Of a stretch of DNA of 64,000 nucleotides, positions 1 to 11,905 are shown piece by piece. Under the pieces are notes generated by a model. The model saw only the letters and a list, made by a program, of their open reading frames with translations, was not told the DNA's origin and did not search any database. This stretch comes from Peribolospora baueri (taxonomy: Eukaryota): the NCBI GenBank assembly GCA_029717555.1, contig JAMDHS010000108.1, positions 1-64,000 on the forward strand, given 5' to 3'. Each line of letters opens with the position of its first letter. Positions within the stretch are counted from its first letter, which is position 1. The translations under genes were made by a program, and so were the position numbers.

Positions 1-47
<47 letters not shown>
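1..47. repeat. 47-nt G homopolymer at the window edge
   Basis: Directly visible. Its position at the sequence start is typical of a sequencing or assembly artefact. Confidence 0.9.
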
Positions 48-49
<2 letters not shown>

Positions 50-1522
50 CCCAACCGTAGTGGCAAGGGTGTCAAACAAAATGGGGGAGAGGGCATATGA
101 TATGTCTAAGTTCAAAGGTCAAGTCTCAGCTCAAAGAGGTCACGTCCAAGCTGGAAACCGTCCAACAACTTGCGTTTTTAACCCTCAATAGGTACTGGGA
201 GGTCCACCAGCCTTGATGGAATCCTGGGGTGGCACCAGTTGCTGTTGCAGAGGACGGTGAGTAGATGGCAATCATCAGGAAGTTTCATGGGAGCGGATGG
301 AAAACTGGGAGGAGTGAGATTTTTCAAAGGTGGTCTTCTTTCGAGGAAGTCGCAGGACCTCGCTCTATATATACAGATAAAGACCTAGGGGCGAGGGTCG
401 AGGGTCGAGGAGGGGCCTGGACTCCTGAGATAAGGAGACCTCCTGAGGTGAGGAGACATTCGAGGAATGACACCTAACAAACTCCTCTCCCGAGTAACGT
501 ATTGAGACCGTCACGTGCCGTGACATGCAGCGTTGGGCTCCTTGGTGGTGAGGCGCCGAGATGAAGCCGAAGACGCTTTCCGATACCCGAGCCGAACGAA
601 CGCTGCCGCCTTGGCCGTTTCTGTCAGCGACAAACCCCTTTCCGCCGACTCTGCCTTCAGAAACCTCACTCAACGCAAACACTTACGCCCACTGCTTAAC
701 CCTACAGAAGTTCGTAAGCGGAAGTAGACGGTGATCGACGACGCGCGTGCCTCAAGAGGTCTCGTCCCGGACAAACTCGAAAACGGGACGGGGGACGCTG
801 CGGAGGAAGAAAGGAAAGGACGGAATGAAGGGTCTGCGGAGGCTCGTCGCTCGCCGTTGCCGATGCGATTCAAGCGTGCACTCCATCCGTACATCGTCGG
901 GCCCCGCTAGTTTGAGCCAGGAAGAACTAAGGGAGGGGCGTGCGTAATCGAGAAAGAGAGGAGAGATAGGGACGAGTGGGCATTTGGAGATGATGATGGG
1001 GTAAAGAGAGCGAGAGCGAGTGTGGAGAGGGGCGTGAACGAATCCGGGCCCAGACACTACTGAAAGAACGTGAAACTATCGTGATCAGACCAGGAACGAC
1101 GAAGAAAGGGACGAAGAAAGAAAGGCGTCCGAACGGGTACGCCTGGCAGGGACGATGAAGGAAGAAGGGAGGGGCGATCAAGTTGAGGTCGTAGTCGGGG
1201 GTATTTAAATGCTATGCCAGTGAACCAAAAAAAGAGCAGAGTGATGAGACGGAGGAAATAACGACAAGGAAAACGGCGGGATGCGAAGAAAAAAATGAAG
1301 GAAGAGGAGTCGCCTGTCGGTGGTAAGAAAATGATGAAAGAGAAGGGCACGAACGCAAGAAGGGTGATGTGGCGTCCGTCCACATCGGACAGAAGGAGCA
1401 CGAAGAGGGTCCGAAGAGAAGTGGGGAGTGGAAGTAAACAGCCGAGCATCGACTGCACGTCGTCGTAGCTCTCGTATCCTAGACAGCGCAAGGCCTTCGG
1501 CCTTGAGTGCCTCGACCGTCGT

Positions 1523-4086
1523 TCAGGCCAAAGAGCGAAGGCCATTCATTGCTGCACAGACAAAGCGAGGTGCGTTAAAGGGCAACAGGAAAGGGGGGTG
1601 AAAGAGGGGGGGAAAGGGAACATGTAAGTAAGCTGGACTCATGATCGGAAAGGTCATCAAGCCACAAGTCGGACGACGACGACAATAAAGATAACGTACT
1701 TGCCAATCCCTCCCGAATCCTCGCGCTCCGCTCCTTCGCCTTGAGCAAGCCGATGCGCTCCTCATACCGCTTCGAAACGGCCTTGCGTCGGTCCCGAAGG
1801 CTCTCGAGTTCCTTTCTCAGTCTCTTCACCTCTGGATCCCCCAAAGCCGCCGCTTCGTTCGCAGCCCCATTGGCGGCATGTAGACGGTCTCCGTTCGTGG
1901 TTGTCATCCCGTTCATCGGTAAAATTGGACGGCCCTGCTCGTCCAATTCGACAGACTGCCTCTTCTGAGAGGACATGGAACGGGAATGAGCAGCAGCTGG
2001 ACCGGCCGCCGCGGAGGTGGGGGCGCCGGTGCCTAGCGCAGAGCCTTGACCGCCAGTGGAGGAAGCACGCGGGGAGGGCGGACCGCGGTAGGAAGATGGG
2101 GGAGGTGCAGTGAGCGTCGATCGCCCGTGTCCTGCGCCGGACCCCCGCCTTGGCGATATTTTGTCAAGAGAAGCGGCGTCGTGCAAACCAGTGTGACTTG
2201 AACTTCGCTTGCGCATCGACAGACGGCGTGCGAAACCTCCACCTCCTCCAGCACGATCGTTCACGCTGGCAGCAACACCGTCGCCGTCGCCGCCACCAGA
2301 AAGCGTATCGCCGTCGATGCTGCTTCTTCTCCTTGTCATCCACCCAAGCAGATCTGGACCACTTCGTCCAGACCCGCTGCGCCCTGATGCGGTCGCCGTA
2401 GTGGGCGAACATACGGCAGCATTCGCCAAAGACGCCACGTCCGCCTCAGATCCACCGACCAAGTCCGGATCAGCGGCAAGCAAGGCATCCAACTGATCCG
2501 GGTCCAACCTCGCCCGGCGGATCGCAGCGTTCTCCAAGCCGTCGAACGCCTCTACCAACTTTTTACCTTCAAGCTGTACCTCCTTGATCTCTGCGCGGAT
2601 GTCAGCGGCGGAGCGGGCGTCATCGGCTGCGGACGTAGGATCGGCGTAAGCGGGAGCATGAGAGCGAGCAGACGAGGCGGTGGCGGCCGAAGCGTTGGTG
2701 CGGATGCTCCTCATCGAGCGACCTGAGGAGGAGAAGTTGTGCACGCTACTGCTGGCCCCGGTCGTGGTGCCTATAACCTCTTGGACGGACGATCCGGCGA
2801 TGGAGCCGGATCGAGAACCAGCCCGTCCCCTCCGTCCGCCGCCCACTGAAGCACCGCCTATTCCGGCCGCAGAGCCTACGGAAGCCTTCCGACTCAGCAT
2901 AGATTTGGGTTTGGCACTCTCATTGGAGAACATACTTGCGCTAGACGTTTGCACGGGGCCAGCTCCCTTTGCCTTTGACTGGCCAGAGCTACCTCGTCCG
3001 TGCCGGGACGTGCCAGCGCCGCTGCCCCCCGAACCGCCGCTCACGACGCTTACAGCCTTGCCTCCGCCTGAACGCCGCCAAATGGCCGAAACCCCGGTGA
3101 CAGAAGAACGCCCCGACTTGATGCTCGGCGAACGGCAAGACGGCGCCGTCTGTTGTGGTGGCAGGGAGGTGGTCGCGACGTTGGATGCATCGGGTCCTTG
3201 AGGAGCGCGTTCACCGGGCAAGGAGGGATAAAGAACAAGCATGAGACGAAGAGCGGAAGCCTCGCGAGTCCCTGCGAACTCGACAGAGACGAACGAACGA
3301 AAGCTCACCCTTGGAGCTCGATCCCGGCAACGACCCGATGCTCGTCTCCTGAGGCATCTGTGTTTCTCCCTTGGCGAGCCTATCAAAGATGTTTTGCCTC
3401 AGCAGCCTGTACTCTTCATTGTCTAGGAGTCCGTCCCCATGAGCAATCGCCAGCTCGTTCAGACGCTCGGCGAGCGTCTTGGCAGTCGTTTTTTGAGCGG
3501 GAGGGGAGGGGACATTGTTGCTCGCGAATGAAACGGAGGCAGGAAGGGTCGGGTTGAGGGGCAAGGCAGTATTGCTGCCAAGACCCGCCGAGCGGACTGA
3601 GGAGGACAGCGGAGTGCTTTGTGTTCGACGAGACTGAGAATGAGACGGAGAGGTGGCAGGCCTGCCAGAGCCGAGAGCGGCGAAGGAAGGGGCAATCAGC
3701 GGCGGGCCGGCGTAGGTGTTGTACGGGTCGAAGCGGCTGGTACCACCATTCGTTGAAGGATATCCTGGGCCCTGTCCATATGTAGATGATCCGCCTGCTC
3801 CCGGCGAGAAGGGCGGCAGAGGTGGAGCGTCAGCGGCGGTGCCGTTCTGCGCCAGCTCGCGGCTCTTCTTGCCCCTTAGAGTCGTGAAGCGTCCCCCGCG
3901 CTTGCTCTTCGTGCTCGAAGAGGACGACGCAAGGGGTGGTGAGGCCGCGGCAGCTGCCGGGTCGTACACGTGCCCAAAAGAAGGCGAGTGGGTGGCAGAA
4001 GGATCAGAATATCGATCGTCGGAGCGCAAGTTGGGCGTGCTCGTTGAGGACGATTTTCCTAAGAAGCCAGAAAAAAGATTGCGCAT
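1523..4086 (-). CDS. Hypothetical Ser/Gly-rich protein with a SHOCT-like helical motif and two predicted coiled-coil segments
   Basis: Exon 4086-3309 (MRNLFSGFLGK...) joins exon 3196-1700 in frame via a phase-1 GTGAGC...AAG intron (3308-3197). It contains TLAERLNELAIAHGDGLLDNEEYRLLRQNIF and EVKRLRKELESLRDRRKAVSKRYEERIGLLKAKERSARIREGL. The 3' end is uncertain: a GTACGT donor at 1699 probably splices to a short terminal exon (e.g. 1551-1523). Confidence 0.7.
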
Positions 4087-5085
4087 GGCTCTTCAGCGGA
4101 CAAGAAGAGGCATTCCCGGCGCGATAGTGAGGAATGAAGACGAGGAGGTGGAAGGCGATGGTCGAAGTTGGCTGTCGTCGTAGTGCTTGCGCCGTGTTGT
4201 TGGAGTCAAGGGCGTGCCCGCTAGACGCTCGCTCGAGTCGTCTAACTCTTCTGCCACCTGAGCGCCTACAAGTGAGCGCCACAGCGATGTCAACAAGACG
4301 GGAACGACGGAGCAACTCCCTCCGAAGGCGGTGGCAGCCGTCGTCACGCTCCTTCGGAGCTGGAGCTAGCGGCGAGCCGGGGCGTTGTGGCGCGAGAATC
4401 TGTTGCGAAGAGACAACTATGTGGCAGAGAGAGGCTCAGAGAGCGGTGGGAAAAGGTCACAAGGAGGGAAGGGAAGGGACGGAGAAGATGGAGATGGAGA
4501 TGGTGGGAGATTTCTCGTATCGTACGCCGTCATCGTTCCCCCCCCGTTCGTTGACCCGCCTGTCGCCGCAGCAGGCACGGACCGGACTCGTGCTCCAGCA
4601 CCGCCGGAAGGCGCTCGAAGAAGGGAGGGCCGGTTTGTGGTGGTACCACGGGCGGTTACCACCAATGGGTGGGTTATCGACAGCACGCTCAGAGATAGCT
4701 TGCACAGCTCGCTACTGTCCTTAGGTGGGAACGTGCTGTCAGACATTCCTAGCTTCCGGCTTTGTTCGAAAGCTGTTTGTCCACATCCGGCTTGACGCAC
4801 TCACACAAACGACCGCTTTCGTTAAGAATGGCGACCGAAGAGATTGACGTGAACCCCCCCTACCGTCCCCTCCTCTCTCGGTTTCTCTTTGCCGTCGTTT
4901 CTTTTCTTCATTCAGTAACGCACTCGGATGGTCGCGAACGGTTCTCAGTCCTTGATAGACACCCCAGAACTATGCTCGCCTCGGAGATAAAAATGGGCTG
5001 TCTGTCCAGCGGAATTCACGACTCGGGGCTTCCCATCTCCCCCGGTCCTCCCTCCCTCCTTCCCACCCACCCTCCCGTCTCAGTC

Positions 5086-6327
5086 ATGATGAAGATATAC
5101 ATTCACTATCTCATTCCCGTCTCTCTCTTCCTTCTTGTTGCTTCCCCACGCGGCTCCTCGGCCGCCGGTGTCTTCTCCGGCGGCGGCAACGCGGTTGGGG
5201 GCGAAGGAGGGGGAGGCGGCGGCGGCGGCGGCGGAGGCGATGATGACCAGTCTGGGGGACTAGCAGGCAGGCATCCAAAAGATGGACCCGGATTTTCGAT
5301 TCTCCAGCCTCCTATGGGAGTCCGAGACACTCATTTGGACACGGACCTGGCGTCGCTCGCGGTAAAGCGGGATTTCCCCGTCGACCTCGAATTCCCCGCT
5401 CCGAGGGAACTGTCGTCTCTCAAAACCATGCTCCACTCGCTCCGCCGAGGGCTCCACGGCAGGCACAAGCACGACGACGACGGCTTTGAAGAAACCACAC
5501 GCTCTGGCTCTTTCCTCGTCCACCACTCGGGAAACGGCAACGACAAGGGCAACGACTCTCACAATGTCGAGGACCTGCAGGCCTCGTTTGGAGGCTCCGG
5601 TGGCGGGGGAGGGAAAGGAGGTGGGGAGGATTCTTTGGGAGACGAGTACGATGGTGACGACGAGAGGGACGGACGGATCGATCGGCACGGTGGCCACGAG
5701 CACGGACGGGGACGGGGACGAGGACGCCATCATAGGCTTTTCCGTCATCCGTACCGCCGTCCTCGAGTGCACTCGCACAGCGGTTTCCTGGACGACGGCT
5801 ACGGAGGCGATGCGGTCGACGGCGATGGCAAAATCTGGACGAAGAGGGACGATGGAAGCGGCGGTGTGGTCGCGAGGGAAAGCCTGCCGCAAAAGACGCC
5901 TCTCTTCGCTCCCGTTCGCCGTTCGCCGGTATCGGACCTGCTCCCCCTCCCTCCGCGCTTCGTGCCCCGCCTGCCTCACTTTCGCAGGCGCTCACACAGA
6001 CGTGTCCGACGTCCGCACCCACACGTTCACAAGCGTACCGTGGGAGGCGGCGACGGAACGGGCGCCGGCGGTTCAGGCGGCGGGGGAGGCCGAGGGGGGT
6101 ATGGCGGTCGCAATTCGAACGTGGGTGGGGAGAAGGGCGAGATTGGGAAGACGATCGACGGGTGGACATGGAAGCGGGGAGGGGAAGGGGGAGGGAAGAT
6201 GGAAAAGCGAGTCGGCGCGGGCGGAGGCGGCGGAGGAGGAGGCGGCGGGGGCTTTGGGGGCGGGAACACGAACGACGGCGGACTGAACAATATCGACGAC
6301 TGGACCAAGTACGGCGGCTTCTTCTGA
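5086..6327 (+). CDS. Secreted glycine-rich protein with multiple dibasic (Kex2-type) sites
   Basis: Single-exon ORF from ATG 5086. Signal-peptide-like N-terminus MMKIYIHYLIPVSLFLLVASPRGSSA, poly-Gly tracts, and KR pairs at 5365, 5842, 6031, 6172 and 6205. Confidence 0.75.
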   Translation: MMKIYIHYLIPVSLFLLVASPRGSSAAGVFSGGGNAVGGEGGGGGGGGGGGDDDQSGGLAGRHPKDGPGFSILQPPMGVRDTHLDTDLASLAVKRDFPVDLEFPAPRELSSLKTMLHSLRRGLHGRHKHDDDGFEETTRSGSFLVHHSGNGNDKGNDSHNVEDLQASFGGSGGGGGKGGGEDSLGDEYDGDDERDGRIDRHGGHEHGRGRGRGRHHRLFRHPYRRPRVHSHSGFLDDGYGGDAVDGDGKIWTKRDDGSGGVVARESLPQKTPLFAPVRRSPVSDLLPLPPRFVPRLPHFRRRSHRRVRRPHPHVHKRTVGGGDGTGAGGSGGGGGRGGYGGRNSNVGGEKGEIGKTIDGWTWKRGGEGGGKMEKRVGAGGGGGGGGGGGFGGGNTNDGGLNNIDDWTKYGGFF

Positions 6328-6979
6328 GCCGAGCCGAAGCGAGCCGAGCCGACGTCGACGTACTTGGAGGAGCTTCGTTGACGCCCTGGCCACCTCTCCT
6401 CTCGCTCCAGCGTATCTGTACGTTAGTTCGACCGCATCCGGACGCGCTCTCATCTCCGCCTCGAGGCCCGCACCACTCGGTCGGTCGGTCATGCAGGCGT
6501 GCAGAAACGAGAAGGGAAGAGAGACGGAGGAAGGGGCCTTCCTCGCAGCGAGGCTTGAGAACGAGCCAGCGGCCGGAGCGGCACGAAGTGTCGGTGCGGG
6601 TCATAATCCTGTCCACTGATTTGCAACGCGTGTAAACGAAGAAAAAACAAAAATACGGGTACACCAGATGGCGGCGACGGCCGGCGAACAGAACAGAGGC
6701 GTCCAAGTGAACGTCAGGAGGGGAAGAGAAAGAAGAGGGTCACGGCTGGGGAAAGGGGAGCGTTTAAAGAATTGAGCAGACGTGGATCGTCGTCGCAGCA
6801 TTGAAAAATAGGCAAGACTGGGCTGAGCAAGCGAGGGAGGGAAGCGAGACAGCATTCATACCAGACGCAGTTTGAGCATCGAAGAGGTGAAGCGGCGGCC
6901 ATGCTCAGGATACGGGATCTTCCCGTCGGCGCACCTTGAGACTTTCGGTTGTACAACAATGCGCGCATGGCCGATTTCG

Positions 6980-7819
6980 TCAATATTTGAAGATGATGTC
7001 TGCGGTTGAGGAACGACGAGTGAGCGGAATGCGTTCGCCGCGACCGCCCTGAAAACTGGGACGAGGACATACAGAGGGCGTGAATGATTCCGGGGATGAA
7101 GCCGAGGATCGTGAGCACTGGGGATCGACCAATGGGAGATGAGATGAGGGAAACATCGGGCGTCTTCGTCAGCGCCCCAACCTGGCATGTCGCGGGGGTA
7201 GAAAGGGAGGAACTCGCAGATGTTGATCCAAAAGTCAGCGGCGCAGCCACGCTCGAGGAAGACGCCGAGCGGCGGAGCGATGCACGCGAAGCTGGGGAGA
7301 ACGGGGGCGCGAGAGGAGCGACGAGGTGAGCGACGGTGGTCTCAGGAGATGCGACCACGTCGACGGCGACACTCACAAGATCTTGATACTGATGTGTGCA
7401 CAAAGGTGGGTCGATGGAAAGACAAGTGGGGGGGGGAGCAAAGTGAGCGAGGTCATCCTCCTCCTTCACCATCTCCGCACGTTCTTTCATCCCACGCCTA
7501 ACGACGCGGCACGACGCGACCTAACCTGACCCGACCCCGACCCCGACCGGACGCCGACCGGACGTGGCCGGCTCGGGTCCGCACACGTTCCCCTCGGCCC
7601 GGCCGGTCGGGTTGGTCGGTCGGGTCGACGTCGCATCGCGTCGCTCTGCTTCGCGGCGATCGCCGCGCCGAGCTCGGCTGGAGGTCATCCCATCCCATCC
7701 CATCCCATCATCCCACCCCACCCCGTCCGTCCGTCCACGGCTCGCACGAGAGCGAAGGGACGAAGCGAGAGAGAGAACGCGCACGACTCGACTCACATGT
7801 CGGAGCAAGTGAACGGCAT
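6980..7819 (-). CDS. PMP3: Plasma membrane proteolipid 3 (Pmp3/UPF0057 family), 57 aa, 5 exons
   Basis: Exons 7819-7797, 7388-7377, 7291-7218, 7117-7073 and 6999-6980 give MPFTCSDIIKIFFACIAPPLGVFLERGCAADFWINILLTILGFIPGIIHALYIIFKY*, with the family signatures PPLGV and GxIPGIIHA. Confidence 0.95.
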
Positions 7820-8942
7820 CTCGAAGGTGTCCTGGGGTTCAAGGTCGCACGGACAAAAACACAGACAGAAAGACAGACGGTCGTGGAGTGCCGGTGCTGG
7901 TGGAAAGACGGTGGAGGGGAGAGAAGATGATCGTCCAAAAGGTGCTTGGTGCAGTTGAACGAACGTGGGCGTGTGGCGATGTTCAAGTCGAGAACGAGAG
8001 GTCGGGGGCCGTGTCGTGTCGAGTCGAGGAGATGAGAGAAAAGGAGAGGAAAGAAAAGGAAAGGAGAAAGAGAAGGAAAGAAGAAGGAAAAAGCTGCAAG
8101 TCCCAACCGAACCGAAGCCAACTGTTTCGCGTCGACCGTAGAATGTACGTAGCTAGCTTCGGCCAGCGGGCGAAAACGCACCATGACGCAACGCGTCCGC
8201 CCGGCCCGCAGCAGCAAGTGTGATGAGGGATGATGGATCGCACGCCAAGAGATTGATCGTCGTCACGTTGTGAGATGCGAGCCAGTCAGTTCGTCGTGGT
8301 CCGCTCGAAAATACCGCCGTCGGTACAAACGAGACGACGCTCGGGTCAAGCGAGCGAGGACACGGCGCAGACGGCCACCCGACCGAACGTATAAGGGAAG
8401 GAGACAGAAAGGCACGCACGGCGGAACGATGAGCGTGAATTCATCACCGGTTGCGACGCGGGCTATGCTATGCTGCCAAGGGCCAGCAGCGAAGGAGGCG
8501 TCAAAGTCGAACGAACGAACGGACGAACGAACGAACGAGCATGGATGGAAGGATGTGGAGGATGACGAAAATGGCTAAACTAGACTAGACCCCAAGTGCA
8601 CGAGAGGATGGAAGGAAAAAGGGCCGGGTGTGGAAGACTAAGTAAGATAAGAAGAAGATGAAAGGGGTAGGTAGGTAGGTAGGTAGGAGAAGCGCGGGCG
8701 AGACCAAGTCGGGACGAATTACGAGGAGTAGACCGAGGTACAGGTACAGAGAGGAGGCGAGAGCGAGCACACGGCGACGGCCTGGAACGATCAGACGAAG
8801 GAAGGAAAGGAAAAAAGACGAGTCGAAACTCCAGCGGGACAGAGGGACGCATAGACGTGACGGGACTGCGAGGCGGGAGAAAGGCAAAAGGAAGGGAGAA
8901 AGGAAGGAAACGGCGTTTCGTCCAAGATGCAAACGCTCGCGT

Positions 8943-11905
8943 TCACAACCCCGCCTTCTCCTCCACGCCGGCGCCCACGCCAACGGCCACCGGGTCCTCG
9001 CGAACCTCCCAAAGCTTGCCCTTGACCGCGCGCGACGACGTGCCGTCGTCGTTCCTCGCGTTCGCATTTCGCCTTGGGAGCCTCACGCTCCTTCCGTCCA
9101 GCGGCGCGTGTTCGCCCACGGCCGGACCGTGGCTGTGACCCGCGAGCGCGTACGACGGCTGCGGCTGTGGCGGGGGCGGGCTCGGCTGCCGGTGGGAACG
9201 CTGTTCTGCGCGCGACTGGTGCTGGTGCTGGTGCTGGTGCTGCTGGAGCGGGTGGTGGGCATGATGGCCGCGGGCGTGACCACCGCGCTCGGAAGGTGGG
9301 GAGGGTGAGCGCGCAGAGGCGATGGGAGGAGGCTGAGGGCGGCCGTGAGTGTGAGCGTGACCGTGACCGTGACTGTGAGCGTGACCGTGACCGTGACTGT
9401 GAGCGTGACCGTGAATCGGAGGGAGACTAGGTCCGAGGCCGGCGGTGACAGACGACGAGTCGGCGTAGGAAGAGGACGACGGAGGTCGAGGACCTGCGCC
9501 AGCGCCAGCGTTGCTGTCGTCCCCGTCGGCCTCGCTGCTCACGCTCTCCGCGGCGCTGCTGGCGCTCCCTACCCACCGGAGGTCGCGATCGCCGTGTGCG
9601 CCTCCTGCTCCAGACGGCGGATGCAAGGCGTGAGGGGTGCCAGCGGCGTGCAAGCTCTCCAGGAACCTCTCCGTCCTCGTCAACAGCTCGTCGAGCCTGC
9701 GGCGCTCGGCGAGCAACTCATCGCGATGGGCCTCGAGCTCGGACACGGTCACCGGCGCACCGGTGCTCGAGCCGTAGCCAGGGACGCCCTGAGAGGAGGA
9801 GGAGAAGGCGAGCGGGTGATGATGATGGTGGTGGTGGTGCGCGGGAGGCTGGGAGTACGAATGAGCGAGGCCGTGGGTGTAGCTCGTCGGGTGCACGTGA
9901 AGGTGATGGGCACCATAAGCGGCCCCCTCCGACCCGCCGAGACTGGGCAGATGAGGGGGGCTCAAACCGCTTCCGACGGCACCCAAGCTCGGGGAGCGAG
10001 CGTAGGTCGACGCGCCGGCTCCCGTGCCAGAGGAGGGTGGTTGGAGGTGGGCATGCTTAGCTGACGTGGCCTGAGCGGACGGACTGGGTATGGCACCGGC
10101 CTGAAGGTGATGGTGATGGTGAGGGGCAGAAACTCCGCCGCCGCCGCCGACACCAGGCGCGTGGTGATGGTGATGGTGGTGGTGATACCGGTGAGCAGGC
10201 GAGCTGCTCCGTGCCGGGTCGGGGCCGGCGAGATGATGAGCGTGCTGATAAACGGAAGACGGCTGGCCGGTGGCGGGGGAGGGCGAATAAGCCGAGTACG
10301 GTGCGGAGGCACCGTAGTAAGGCTGTCCAGGGTAAGCCGAGCTGGAGCTAGCGTGAGCGGCGGCGGACGAGGATCCCGGCGAGTCAGGGGCGGGAGAATA
10401 GGAAGAGGCGCGCTCGCCGGAGGCGGCGGACCTTGTCGTCCGCGCCTTTGGCCTGCCTTCGGGGGGCGGACCAGATCTCCTGGCCCTCTTGGAGGGCCGA
10501 GGTCCGAGCCCGTCGGTCTCGCCGTGGAGGTCGTCTACCTCGCTCTCCACGACGCTCTCGCTCTGCCTGCGGCCGCCGGCGCCGACCTCGACGAGGGCCA
10601 TGGCGGCTTCGCGCTCCCTCGAGTCGTCCTTGACCCTATCGGAGGCGGCGGGCGCGATAGCTCGCTGGGATGCTCCGCCGGCAGCGGTGGCCGAGTTGGT
10701 GGCGGCAGGGATGCGTTTTCGTCGTTTGATGATCGACTTTTTCATGTTGATCGGCCGATGCGTGCCATGGAGCTTGTAGTAGAGACCTGTGAGGCCAGCG
10801 AGAGACGGGCACCAACATGTTAGCGACATCGGATCGGGCCCTTCCAAACGCGCGACCGCAAAGAGTCGCCCAGTTGCTCACCGCAAGCATTACAGATGTT
10901 GTTGCCGTCTTCGTCTCTCCTCCACAGGGGCGTGGTGGTCGTGCCACAATTGTTGCACTTGAGCGCACCCACGACGCTCTTGTCCTCGATAGTATCGGCG
11001 GCTTCCTCGCCGTCCTCTGTCGGAGCGCCGCTGCCGCCCGGTGGTGGCGGACCGGTGGAAGGGTCCTTGCGAGGGCTGGTAGGATCTTGAAGGCCGCCGT
11101 GAACGAGGTTGTTGTTATAGGCGGGACAGCCAGAGCAGCTGGACGTTCCGCCGGTGCCGTTGCAGAGCCCGCCGCCGGGACAGGTGCCCGAAGCGGGGGC
11201 GGCGTCGGCGGTCGTTGTGGCGGCCTTGGGCGCGCCGGCGGTGGCGCCGGATGAGGAGGAAGAAGAGGCGGACTTGCGCTTCGTGCCTGCCCCTCCGTCG
11301 GCGGCGGGGGACGACGTGGATGAAGGCGACGGTTTTCGATACGCATGGCCGCGGGCGAGATCGGATGAGGAAGAGGAGGGGCGTTGGAGACCGGCTCCGG
11401 CGACGGTTGCTGACGACGGGTCATTGCTCGCGCCGGATGTGTACGGCGAAGGTGTCGGCGTGCGCGAACTCGTGGGCCGCGGCGCTCGACCGTGGGTTTT
11501 CATGTACAGGCCTGCAATGAAAGGATGGGGGAGAAGGCACAACGGAGGGTATTCATGAGGACGGCGGCGGTCAGAAGACGACGGGATCCATGCGACGGGA
11601 GGCTCACCGCATGCGTTGCAGATGCTCTTGCCGTCCGGATCTCGCCGCCACAGGGGCGTCTTGTCGGTGCCACAATTGGTACAGACGATCCCGGCGGCGG
11701 CAGCAGCAGCAGCAGCGGCCTGGCCGTTGGGCGAGGCTGCGTACATGGGGGCGGCGGCGGTGAGGCCGGAGGGGATGTCGGGATGAGGGGGAGGGGAGAA
11801 GGGAGGAAGGGGGGACCTAGATGCGGTGGCGGAGGAGAAGGGCGGTCGTGTGGGCTCGCGGTCGGCATCGAGATGCGTGGCGACGACGTCCATCTTGACG
11901 GACAT
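8943..11905 (-). CDS. sreA: Iron-responsive GATA transcription repressor (SreA/Urbs1/Cir1 family)
   Basis: Exons 11905-11608, 11511-10882 and 10786-8943. Two GATA fingers (CTNCGTDKTPLWRR...CNACGLY and CNNCGTTTTPLWRR...CNACGLYYKLHG) flank the Cys-rich iron-sensing segment CPGGGLCNGTGGTSSCSGCP. C-terminal coiled coil (ELEAHRDELLAERRRLDELL). Confidence 0.93.
9345..9412 (-). repeat. Coding 24-nt tandem repeat encoding alternating His-X (HGHAHSHG units)
   Basis: gtgagcgtgaccgtgaccgtgact repeated about 2.7 times on the + strand, inside the GATA factor's last exon. Confidence 0.85.

Noticed and set aside
1..47. Poly-G as a G-quadruplex or telomeric feature
   Set aside because: A pure homopolymer at the edge is most simply a sequencing or assembly artefact.
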